This document shows, piece after piece, positions 1 through 9,261 of a DNA stretch of 64,000 nt (within the stretch, counting starts at the first letter, position 1; the number at the start of each line of letters is the position of its first letter). The translations under genes and the position numbers were made by a program. The stretch covers positions 1,674,001-1,738,000 of the forward strand of contig CP128815.1 of assembly GCA_051546255.1 (NCBI GenBank), given 5' to 3'. A model generated the notes under the pieces. The model was not told where the DNA came from, did not search any database, and saw nothing but the letters and a program-made list of their open reading frames with translations. This DNA is from Meyerozyma guilliermondii. Lineage: Eukaryota.

Positions 1-491
1 GACTCCTCATCTTGAGCCAACTGCTCCGCCTCCGTCACCTCCATCGAAATCGCATACTCGGCACCCTCCAACAAATTACGCAACTTCTGGTTATCCGTCA
101 CCAATTGTATGGGCTTCAAGCCATGACTATTCACTATGCGAGGATCAGCTCCAGCATCCAACAAGTTGTCGACCACAAAAGTTCCATGTTCCGGCTCGTC
201 GGCACAGTACTTGACCGCCAAATGCAACGGGGTATCACCCTCTCGGTTCAAAGGATCCACTTCAACACCTTCAATGTCAAGTATGATATCTATCAGTTCC
301 CAGTGGCCCATTCGACATGCTAAATGCAACGGCGAATTGTTCGTAATGGTTTCTTTTGTGGTATTGATCAAGTGTGCCAACTTTTGCGAGTCGTTGTTGA
401 GTTCGGCTTTGATCTGGAGTAAAAGTTCGGTGTTGTTTCGACGTGCACATTCGAGGATCTGCTCGGAATACGAAGCCCCTTCTTCTTCCAT
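1..491 (-). CDS. Ankyrin-repeat protein, YGL242C-like (3' end runs off the window)
   Basis: Manual minus-strand translation from ATG 491: MEEEGASYSEQILECARRNNTELL...NSPLHLAC...GDTPLHLAVKY..EPEHGTF...GADPR. Not in the ORF track because it is truncated. Confidence 0.85.
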   Translation of the reverse strand, partial: MEEEGASYSEQILECARRNNTELLLQIKAELNNDSQKLAHLINTTKETITNNSPLHLACRMGHWELIDIILDIEGVEVDPLNREGDTPLHLAVKYCADEPEHGTFVVDNLLDAGADPRIVNSHGLKPIQLVTDNQKLRNLLEGAEYAISMEVTEAEQLAQDEE

Positions 492-897
492 AGCAATGTA
501 TGATTTGTGATGTGGATTCTAAATAGTAAGCACCAACGAAAAGCACCAAAAAAACTGAAAGTCCAAGGGAAATTGATGTACAAAGACTAGTACACTTGTT
601 CAGATCACAGAATCAGTTGAGACTTTAAAGAGGTCACATCCGTGCACCCACAAATGATCCTGCAGAATGGCACTATTTCTATGTTGCATTTCCTCGACCA
701 AAACGCCTTCTTTTTGCTTCAGAGAAACATGGCATACCGCCACACTACTAATCTTTCCACTCGATCACTTTCAGCTTATTTGGCCAACATTTTCCCCAAA
801 ATCACCATCCCTAATTCTCCTGAGGTAAGACACATCAGTGCACCAACTCTCAACTGCGCACTTTGCATCGATATCTCGATCTTGATAGCAAACGATC

Positions 898-1596
898 ATG
901 GTCAAGCCCATTATTGCCCCATCGATTCTTGCGTCTGATTTCGCCCATTTGGGGTGCAATTGTCATCGTATGTACGATAATGGAGCCGACTGGCTTCACA
1001 TTGATGTAATGGATGGCCATTTTGTGCCCAACATTTCCATGGGTCCTCCAATTATCACCAGTTTAAGAAACGAGATTCCACGTAGCGATACAAAAGCAAG
1101 CTTTTTTGATTGTCACATGATGGTTTCGGAGCCGGAAAAGTGGGTTCCGGAAGTAGCAAAGGCTGGGGGTGACCAGTACACATTCCACTACGAATCGACA
1201 AACGATCCGGTAGCTTTGGTCAAGTTGATCAAGTCTCATGGCATGAAGGCAGCTTGTGCTGTGAAGCCCGGAACGCCTGTAGATGTGTTGTATCCATTGG
1301 CAGAGCAGTTGGACATGGCATTGGTGATGACTGTGGAACCTGGATTTGGAGGACAGAAATTTATGCCAGAGATGATGCCCAAAGTGGAAGCATTGAGGAA
1401 GAAGTTTCCTCAATTGAACATCCAGGTTGATGGTGGGTTGGGTAAGGACACTATTGGAGCAGCTGCTGATGCCGGAGCCAACGTTATTGTAGCTGGAACT
1501 GCGGTATTCAAGGCGAGCGATCCACTGGAAATGATTCAAATATTGAGAGATGCAGTGACAAAGAATTTGGAGGCCAGGGGACTCCTTGAGAAATAG
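898..1596 (+). CDS. RPE1: Ribulose-5-phosphate 3-epimerase
   Basis: [38 protein letters not shown] motifs. Confidence 0.97.
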   Translation: MVKPIIAPSILASDFAHLGCNCHRMYDNGADWLHIDVMDGHFVPNISMGPPIITSLRNEIPRSDTKASFFDCHMMVSEPEKWVPEVAKAGGDQYTFHYESTNDPVALVKLIKSHGMKAACAVKPGTPVDVLYPLAEQLDMALVMTVEPGFGGQKFMPEMMPKVEALRKKFPQLNIQVDGGLGKDTIGAAADAGANVIVAGTAVFKASDPLEMIQILRDAVTKNLEARGLLEK

Positions 1597-1694
1597 CATG
1601 GGTTACTGTAGTGCATTAAGATTACGAATTTAATGGGACTGTAGAGTCTTTAGACATGTCTTTTTGGTCTTCTTCATTTCTCTTCTTCATTGAA

Positions 1695-2153
1695 CTAAAA
1701 TGCTTGTACTCCCAAAGTAGTACCTTCGCCCACGGCAGGTGCAAGCCCAGCACTGCTATCAGCCTTCTTGGCACGAATCAACTCCCACAATGAGTCCTTC
1801 ACTCTTTGTATTTGTGTTTCTGTTGCAACCCCGTTATCCATGTCCATATCGGGCGCGGTTCCATTTCTCTGCTGAACATATTTTTGGTTTCTAGCAATCT
1901 TTTTGGCTCTTTTCTTCGAGAGCGTACGGTTGGTAACTACAGCGGTGTCAGGAGAGCTTCCAGTGTACAAAGCAATGGCTTTCGAATCTGTTGGACGAGG
2001 AGCGGTTTTTGTTTCTGTGTTGTATCTTGAGGTGGATGAGCGAGTAGCAACCACAGATTTGGATCTGGCGGCCCTTCTTTTGCCTAGAGACATAGCATGG
2101 CTCTTACTTTGGATCTTTTTGGACGGTTTGTTTATGGAGTTTCTAGATGGCAT
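1695..2153 (-). CDS. ALB1: 60S ribosome biogenesis factor Alb1
   Basis: MPSRNSINKP N-terminus, NRTLSKKRAKKI.RN, GEGTTLG C-terminus; adjacent to RPE1 as in S. cerevisiae. Confidence 0.88.
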   Translation of the reverse strand: MPSRNSINKPSKKIQSKSHAMSLGKRRAARSKSVVATRSSTSRYNTETKTAPRPTDSKAIALYTGSSPDTAVVTNRTLSKKRAKKIARNQKYVQQRNGTAPDMDMDNGVATETQIQRVKDSLWELIRAKKADSSAGLAPAVGEGTTLGVQAF

Positions 2154-2166
2154 TGTGGATCAGAAT

Positions 2167-2208
2167 AAAAATTTCGCAGTGCGATGCGAGATGAGGAGAT
2201 GAGATGAG
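2167..2208. promoter_or_regulatory. RRPE-like (AAAAATTTC) and PAC-like (GATGAG x3) ribosome-biogenesis promoter elements
   Basis: Motifs lie directly upstream of the ALB1 ATG. Confidence 0.55.
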
Positions 2209-2342
2209 ATAAGGAAATGAGTGAGGGAATGAAATGAAGAGGAAAGAAAAAAAAAGTATAACAGATGAAGGGAAGAGTATTTAATGGCTTTCTTCACACC
2301 CTGTCCTTGGACTGTCGACTTGAAAAAAATTGCAAAAAGAAA

Positions 2343-2425
2343 TCTCCCGGGGGTGAGTCGAACACCCGATCTCAAGATTACTAGAAGTTACAGTCTCGCG
2401 CCTTAGCCAGCTTGGCCACCGAGAG
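2343..2425 (-). tRNA. tRNA-Tyr(GTA) with 9-nt intron (2379-2387)
   Basis: Reverse complement CTCTCGGTGGCCAAGCTGGCTAAGGCGCGAGACTGTAA[CTTCTAGTA]ATCTTGAGATCGGGTGTTCGACTCACCCCCGGGAGA folds as a cloverleaf; downstream T-runs as Pol III terminator. Confidence 0.96.
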
Positions 2426-2686
2426 GATTTCTGAGTGAGCTTTCGGGTTTGGGAACTATAAGGTGCAAGCAACATAAAAAAGAGCTCACAAAAGACCGAT
2501 ACTCACCTACTATCAAATCTTTAAATGAACACTTCCAATTGAACCAAGAACTACTTCCCTTCATTTTCTCGTTATCCTCTTATTGCCGCACAAGCGTACG
2601 GCATAGATAAGACTGGTGTCTGGATGTCGCAAACCACACCGTCGCGCCACACAACTACTCCTATCCTTTTCAACTATTCAATTGTC

Positions 2687-5092
2687 ATGGAAAAACAATA
2701 TTCTGAACCCTATGTGGTCCAGAGACCCAGGAAGAAGTTGTGGGCTCATGCCGTAGGAGCCGGATGCTTGTTGATGATGTATTTTTATGGAAACTGGTCT
2801 TTTGATTATTTCAACTTTGGACTCACGACTGCAAATGATTCTTTTGATTACAAAAGAACATTTTTGAATGCGTTGACCACCAATCTCGCAGGCAATTGGT
2901 CAGAGAAATACACGTCGGAGCCTCATTTGGCCGGAACCAACTATGGATTTGTTGATTGGACCAAGGATAAATTTGAAGAATATGGACTCAAAGCCACAGT
3001 GGACACCTACGATATTTACGTCAGTTACCCTCACGAGCACTCATTGAAGCTTTTGAGAGCTAAGGATGACAAATTGTTGTACGAAGCTCCATTAAAGGAA
3101 GACGAAATCAAAAAGGACAAGACTTCTGTGGGCGGTAAGGATGCTGGAGTTGTCCCCACATTTTTGGGTTATGCTGCCAACGGCAATGTCACTGCTGAGT
3201 ACGTTTACGTAAACTACGGAACCAAGCAAGATTTTGAAACTTTGGAGAAATTGGGTGTTAGCGTCGCTGGTAAAATTGCCGTTGCTAGATATGGCTCGAT
3301 TTTCCGTGGACTCAAGGTCAAGTTTGCTCAGGATGCTGGTGCTGTAGGAGTGTTGTTATACACCGATCCAGGAGATGATGCTGGAATCACTCCTGCAAAC
3401 GGTTACAAGCAATATCCAGAGGGCCCTGCTAGGCATGAGAGTTCGGTTCAACGTGGAAGTGTCCAGTTTTTAGGTGCCCCAGGTGCCACTCCAGGTGACC
3501 CTACCACTCCAGGATATGCTTCAGTACCTGGAGCTGAACGTAAAGACCCCCACAACTCTATTGGCAAGATTCCAGTTCTTCCCATTTCTTACCGTGAAGT
3601 TACTCCAATTTTGAAGCTGTTGAACGGCCACGGGGAAAAGGCTCCTAAGGAGTGGAAGGGAGAACTTGAGGGATTCGACTACTACACTGGTCCAAACAAG
3701 AATGTAACCTTGAACTTGTACAATGATCAAGTTTTCAAGGTGCAACCTTTGCACAATGTGTACGGAGAAATCGAAGGAGAGAAAAAAGACGAGGTAATTA
3801 TTATTGGTAACCACCGTGATGCCTGGATTAAGGGCGGAGCAGGAGATCCTAACTCTGGTAGTGCCGTTCTTATTGAACTTGCCAGAGCTTTTGGTCAATT
3901 GAAGGCTGCTGGATTCAAGTTCAAGCGTACGATTGTGTTGCAAAGTTACGATGGAGAGGAATACGGACTTCTTGGCTCTACCGAGTATGGAGAGAACTAC
4001 GCCCACGATTTGACACGTAAGGTGGTCTCTTACATCAACTTGGATTCTGCTGTGACGGGCAAGAATTTGCACTTGGGAGCCTCGCCTGTTCTCAATCAGG
4101 TATTACGTAGTGTTGCAAAGGAACTTGATTACCCTGAAAAGAAGGTTGGCTCATTATACGACCACTTTGTCGATGTTAGTGGAGACAAGATCCACACTCT
4201 TGGTTCAGGATCTGACTACACTGTATTCTTGGAGCACCTTGGAATCCCATCTGTTGACTTGGGATTCGGCGCTGGCAAGGGAGACGCGGTGTACCAGTAT
4301 CACTCGAACTACGATTCTTACTACTGGATGACACACTTTGGTGATCCTGGATTCGTGTACCACAACTTGGCTGCGAAGTACGTGGGATTGTTGGCTTTGC
4401 AATTGTCCGAACATGAAATTATTGATTTCGGAACCAATGATTATGCCAACGCTTTAGTTGACTATTTCAGTGTCACTGAGAAATTGATTCCAAAGAAATG
4501 GTTGAAGGAAGAAGTTTCAAAGGGTGAAGGGTGGAATGAGTTTTTGCGGTGGGACATGGCTGACCTTGGTGCCAGCAAGGAACTTGCCACTGCTTACTCG
4601 CCACGAAACCTTTATCCATTCCCCGAATTATTTGGAGCAAAGCAATGTAAGCACAACAGACTCCATCAAATGATTGACTTGGCTCACCACAAGGAATTGA
4701 AATTGGAAGACATCGTCAAGCTTACCAAGACTGATCTCGAGAGATTGCAGAATGCAACCCAAATTCTCGATTCCGAAAGTCATGAAATCCAAGTCAAATT
4801 CGACAATCGTGATGCACTCAATTTCTGGCAACGGATCAAGCTTCATTTCCAGATCAAGCATCACAATGCGTTGTTGCAATACTTCGAAAGAAACTTCTTA
4901 CACCACAAGGGGTTACACGAGAGGTCGTGGTTTAAGCATATTGTATTTGCTAGTGGACGTTACACTGGGTATGCGGGTCAAGATTTGCCGGGATTACGTG
5001 AAGCACTTGAAGACGAGGACTTTGACCGTTTTGTACACTGGTTAGGAATCTTTTCCAAGGCACTCAGAAGAGTGTCTGCACACGTAGGTTGA
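2687..5092 (+). CDS. VPS70: M28-family glutamate carboxypeptidase / transferrin-receptor-like type II membrane protein (Vps70-like)
   Basis: N-terminal TM, PA domain (YVNYG, ARYG..FRG.KV), GNHRDAW, DPNSGSA, DGEEYGLLGS, SGSDY, YHSNYD, TfR-dimerisation tail; start 2687 preferred over upstream ATG 2624. Confidence 0.82.
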   Translation: MEKQYSEPYVVQRPRKKLWAHAVGAGCLLMMYFYGNWSFDYFNFGLTTANDSFDYKRTFLNALTTNLAGNWSEKYTSEPHLAGTNYGFVDWTKDKFEEYGLKATVDTYDIYVSYPHEHSLKLLRAKDDKLLYEAPLKEDEIKKDKTSVGGKDAGVVPTFLGYAANGNVTAEYVYVNYGTKQDFETLEKLGVSVAGKIAVARYGSIFRGLKVKFAQDAGAVGVLLYTDPGDDAGITPANGYKQYPEGPARHESSVQRGSVQFLGAPGATPGDPTTPGYASVPGAERKDPHNSIGKIPVLPISYREVTPILKLLNGHGEKAPKEWKGELEGFDYYTGPNKNVTLNLYNDQVFKVQPLHNVYGEIEGEKKDEVIIIGNHRDAWIKGGAGDPNSGSAVLIELARAFGQLKAAGFKFKRTIVLQSYDGEEYGLLGSTEYGENYAHDLTRKVVSYINLDSAVTGKNLHLGASPVLNQVLRSVAKELDYPEKKVGSLYDHFVDVSGDKIHTLGSGSDYTVFLEHLGIPSVDLGFGAGKGDAVYQYHSNYDSYYWMTHFGDPGFVYHNLAAKYVGLLALQLSEHEIIDFGTNDYANALVDYFSVTEKLIPKKWLKEEVSKGEGWNEFLRWDMADLGASKELATAYSPRNLYPFPELFGAKQCKHNRLHQMIDLAHHKELKLEDIVKLTKTDLERLQNATQILDSESHEIQVKFDNRDALNFWQRIKLHFQIKHHNALLQYFERNFLHHKGLHERSWFKHIVFASGRYTGYAGQDLPGLREALEDEDFDRFVHWLGIFSKALRRVSAHVG

Positions 5093-5525
5093 TGGAAGGA
5101 ATATATGCTGATTGATTTTGAAGATGGTAGGTCAAGTAGAATCGCTTATATGGATCGCTAAAACGTTTGCTCGGACGTGCATCGTACCGCTCAACGTCGC
5201 AGAGTATGCACGTTGGGATGCGGCTCATGCAAGATATTAGCCCAATTTGGCAAAGTAATTGAACAATTAAAAAGGACAATGGAAACAATGATTTCGGTAT
5301 ACAATCGCAGGCCACCCCGGTTTGGAAGCCGTTGGGGCATGTGGCACTGTGGCGAACCATCCAAAGTTTAGCAAAGTCACTTCAAGACCAAAGAAAAAAC
5401 TCCGGTCTTCGAAACAGTGCGGCGCGAGCGGCTGTGAAAATGTGGTAGTTTTGGTGCTTCACATCTATAAAAACCATCCCTAAGCCAACACACTCGGCGA
5501 TTAAAAGTATCAACTGCATGCGTGG

Positions 5526-5703
5526 GTATGTACTATGGTTGGCGAAAGCTGGCTAAACCAAAAGGGTAAAAACTCCTATAGAACAATGCAGGGTCAACAA
5601 GTGCGAAAATAATTAGCAGCGGCTCCCAACCGGTGCATAATGGAAACTATTGATCGATGGCGGTGTCTGGAGAATGCATATCATGTAAACGTACTAACAA
5701 TAG
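5526..5703 (+). other. Putative spliceosomal intron outside any long ORF (5'UTR intron or ncRNA host)
   Basis: GTATGT 5526, TACTAAC 5692-5698, TAG 5701-5703; TATAAAA at 5466. Confidence 0.7.
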
Positions 5704-5833
5704 CGACCGACGCTCGTGATAAGAAAACCAGGGTGAACATTTTCCTAATTTTATTGACTTCGGGATCATAAGGCGATTATTTTTTAACGATTAAACTACT
5801 ACAAAAACTTCGAGTATCCAAATTCCAACTACT

Positions 5834-8359
5834 ATGTATACTCCTGAACCGGCGCGTCTGCGGTCGTCGCTTCTTCGTCGTTTGAGTAGCTCAGTTTCCG
5901 GCTTGACCAAAAAACACCAAACGATAAAACCTGGTACTTCCTCAGGAAAACTGCCCATGTTCATCACGGCGATTTCTCCCGCTAATCTGAACGGGAGCCA
6001 GACGGAAAAGGAAGAGATCAAAGATTCGACGACTCCTAGATTCACGGGACATCTTCGTACTCCTCCATCTTCTGTGAAGAAAAGAGACTCGAGATCTCCA
6101 ACCCAGTTGAAGTCTTATAGTCAAGACCAAATTTGTGCAATTTGTGAAGAGCCATTGGCATCGAGTTTGCGAGGTGAAAAGGAAATCTTGCTTGCGTGCA
6201 ACCATCCTTGCCATAAAATATGTATGCTGGTGATATTATCTCTGGGAAATCGACTTTCCAGTAGTCTTCCTGATTTTTTGGATCCTTCGGTCGCATGTTG
6301 CAAAGAGTGTGGAGCACCTGCTCGTTGTGCTGATGCCAATGAAACGTCGCAGATGCTCGAGGAGATTGCTGTGAAGGGTATGATGTCGCCAGTGGAAGGA
6401 AAAATCCCATTTACCCCAGATGGTCAGATGATACCTGATCCAGTGGTTCATCCACCGGTTTCTGTCAGACCCACCTCTGAAATTCACATGAAAAAGTCCA
6501 GTGCGGTTTCGCCAGTAGTGGACTTTGAAGATGTCACTACACCGCAAATAACAAGTTTCGCCGACACAGATACGGTTGTTTTAGGTGAAATTCACAAAAA
6601 GGACATCGAGATCAATTTTAAGATAAAAGCTCCCAAAACCCACTCGGTTGCAAATGTTGCACAGGACCACCTACAAAAGAAGGAAGTGATGGCAGAAATC
6701 ATTTCCAAGTTGACAAACTTGAAAAACTTTGACCAGGTTGCTACAAACTTGAGCACACTTATTTTGTTTGATTTTTTGAACATTAGTGTCACCGGTAGCG
6801 AGTGGGACACTCTTTGTTGCTTTCTCTTTGACGATCGGTTATTACTTGTGGATTTCTCCAAAAACGAAATAGTGGGCCAACTACTGATCCACGATGATGT
6901 GGCTAGCATTAACAAGCGTGAAAATGGTATTACTCTCAATCTCACCCAGCAAGGGTTCCCCGAGTTGCAAATGTGCCATTCGCACCCATTGATATGCTTA
7001 AAGTGGTACACTTATTTTTGCCGGGTTCTTGCCCTGGTATCCACATCTATCGTTCCCAGCGTTCCCTTTAACCAGCTCACCACCAATGGCTGGTACGTCC
7101 TCGAAGACTCGTTTTCTTTGATTCCTGAAAATGCCATTAAAGTTAGAACCGCTACCGAGCATGATTGCCAATTGACAGAGAATTTGCTTTTGGAAGCGCT
7201 TCCTCGGCCAGAAAACTTGCCCATAAACCTCGTATTGACGATTCCTTTGGTCAACACCTCAGCCATGGATAACCAAACCTATAGAACAACCCTCATGAAA
7301 CTTGTGTTCAATGTCAAATCTCGTCTTCGTGCTTTTGACAAATTGGCACTCATTTTCATCGGCATCGATGCCAGCGGCCGGGCTTGTCGTAAGGGATCTT
7401 TTATAGGCTGTGCCGAGCCAAAGTGGGACGGCTGGAATGCGGTGATTGAAGGCATTGAAGTCAGCAATAATGAGGATATCAATGGTGCTGCTGTTTTTGA
7501 CAATGAGTTCCAGGAACTTCAAATTGCATTTGAAAAGTGCCGTGATTTGTTCCCATTCATTCCTAGTTCTCCTTCCAATATTAATCGTCTTTTGGTTATT
7601 CATACCAATCGCTATGGTCATATTGGCTGTGATGATGATTGCCTTGAAAGTCTTTCAAGATCTTTGGCTTCAATTCTTGATTCCTCCACACTCTCCATAG
7701 ATTTTGTTAGTGTGGGTGATACCATTAGCCCAGACTTGCAAATGGTGCATGATCTAGTAAGGTCTCCATTCCAAGGACATATGCTTGATTCCGTGCAGCT
7801 TCGGTCGGGTTCAGTTCTTCAACATTATTCTACATTTGAAAATTTGGTCACTGAGTTACCACACTTTGCTCAACAGCGTTATCTGTCGGTTTGCATTCCT
7901 ACACTCACACTTGAGTTTCAAAAAATTTTCGCAACCAATAAGCTGGTTAGTTTTAAAAGTATCGACATCAATGGTACAAAATGCGACATTCACGATGGAA
8001 TTGCCCATATGAATATCATGCTAGATAACCTCTCCAGCGATTTCGACTATTCAATTTCACTTCATGTGGAACTTGATTTGCATACTTTAGATCCCAATGT
8101 GTGTGAGAGCATTACCGATAACCTGAAATTGGCCGGCTTATTCACCTATAAATCGACCTGGAGAGGTGAGAGAAGCAAGACTACAAACTACGAAATGAAA
8201 ATTGTTCTGCTGAATGAGTTTTCGTTCTTTGAAGATGCAAAATCCATGTTCTCAGAAAACAGCCTTGAGATGCTAGCAGAAACTAAAAACCCATACTATT
8301 TCGATGGTCCATTGCTTTCGGCCGTGCCTCTCACTCTGGATCTTGGGTTTTTCAAATAG
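5834..8359 (+). CDS. FAR1: RING + PH-like + vWA-like protein of the Far1/Ste5 family, most likely Far1
   Basis: CAIC...C.H.CH..C...C..C RING; FLFDDRLLLVD PH-like segment; NLVLTIP...DKLALIF vWA-like segment; S/TP sites; 841 aa. Confidence 0.6.
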   Translation: MYTPEPARLRSSLLRRLSSSVSGLTKKHQTIKPGTSSGKLPMFITAISPANLNGSQTEKEEIKDSTTPRFTGHLRTPPSSVKKRDSRSPTQLKSYSQDQICAICEEPLASSLRGEKEILLACNHPCHKICMLVILSLGNRLSSSLPDFLDPSVACCKECGAPARCADANETSQMLEEIAVKGMMSPVEGKIPFTPDGQMIPDPVVHPPVSVRPTSEIHMKKSSAVSPVVDFEDVTTPQITSFADTDTVVLGEIHKKDIEINFKIKAPKTHSVANVAQDHLQKKEVMAEIISKLTNLKNFDQVATNLSTLILFDFLNISVTGSEWDTLCCFLFDDRLLLVDFSKNEIVGQLLIHDDVASINKRENGITLNLTQQGFPELQMCHSHPLICLKWYTYFCRVLALVSTSIVPSVPFNQLTTNGWYVLEDSFSLIPENAIKVRTATEHDCQLTENLLLEALPRPENLPINLVLTIPLVNTSAMDNQTYRTTLMKLVFNVKSRLRAFDKLALIFIGIDASGRACRKGSFIGCAEPKWDGWNAVIEGIEVSNNEDINGAAVFDNEFQELQIAFEKCRDLFPFIPSSPSNINRLLVIHTNRYGHIGCDDDCLESLSRSLASILDSSTLSIDFVSVGDTISPDLQMVHDLVRSPFQGHMLDSVQLRSGSVLQHYSTFENLVTELPHFAQQRYLSVCIPTLTLEFQKIFATNKLVSFKSIDINGTKCDIHDGIAHMNIMLDNLSSDFDYSISLHVELDLHTLDPNVCESITDNLKLAGLFTYKSTWRGERSKTTNYEMKIVLLNEFSFFEDAKSMFSENSLEMLAETKNPYYFDGPLLSAVPLTLDLGFFK

Positions 8360-8575
8360 ACATTAAGTTTAGCAGGCTAAAGCTTAGTTACGTATACCGC
8401 TGAAATATAGGTTTTTCATCTGTTTGTCTTTTTCCTAATTGGGAATAGTAATTGATCTGTCAAAACATAGATGGCTGGTGCATGAAAACTAGGGAAGTTC
8501 TCGTGACTGAATTTCAGGATCCGGTCTTGGAACTGGGTATAAATCCATCGAGCTGCACTCGAAGTTTCCAACATA

Positions 8576-9250
8576 ATGTCTGTTCTCCCTCATCGCTTCG
8601 GAGCCGCACACATTGCAGCATTTGCATCCACTGTTAGCATCGCCATTGCATTAGATACGGGATCATTGGACCAAGACGCGGGTTCAGGTGGTTCGAATAA
8701 CGACTCTAATGATGAAAAGGGGGACAAAAATACTGCAAACGAAGAAAAAACTCCGGCTGCAAACACAGCCAATACAGATACCCAGGCTGCTACCAAGAAC
8801 ACAGCTGTAACGGACACCAAGAAAAACACTGCCACGGCCACTCAAAACACATGGTGGACTCCGACTACAGCCACTGAGACTGCCACAACCAAAGCAACTG
8901 CCACAGAAAAGACCACGGGAACTGGAACCACTGGAACTGGAACCACAAAAGACACTGCTACTACTGGAACTGCCACAGAAAAAACCATTGGAACTGGAAC
9001 TGAAACCGGAGTCACCTATAACCAATGGGGCTTTACAGGTTCCCAGAGATCATGGGAACCAACCACCGCTTCAACACAGTCGGGGTCTTCAAGCTCGGGT
9101 TCAGATTCTTCGAGCAAGTCTCATTCAGCCAAAGAAAAGTCGAGTGCTCGTCGGTTGGTTTCACCTCTTGAAGACAAGGAACTCAGTGTCAAAACCAAAT
9201 TGCTTGTAACTGGCTTCATTGGTATCACTGCCATATTGCATATTTTATAG
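8576..9250 (+). CDS. Ser/Thr-rich secreted, probably GPI-anchored cell-surface protein
   Basis: Hydrophobic N-terminus, Thr/Gly repeats (TATEKT.GTGT x2), hydrophobic C-terminus LLVTGFIGITAILHIL; TATAAA at 8538. Confidence 0.65.
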   Translation: MSVLPHRFGAAHIAAFASTVSIAIALDTGSLDQDAGSGGSNNDSNDEKGDKNTANEEKTPAANTANTDTQAATKNTAVTDTKKNTATATQNTWWTPTTATETATTKATATEKTTGTGTTGTGTTKDTATTGTATEKTIGTGTETGVTYNQWGFTGSQRSWEPTTASTQSGSSSSGSDSSSKSHSAKEKSSARRLVSPLEDKELSVKTKLLVTGFIGITAILHIL

Positions 9251-9261
9251 GAATACACCTT

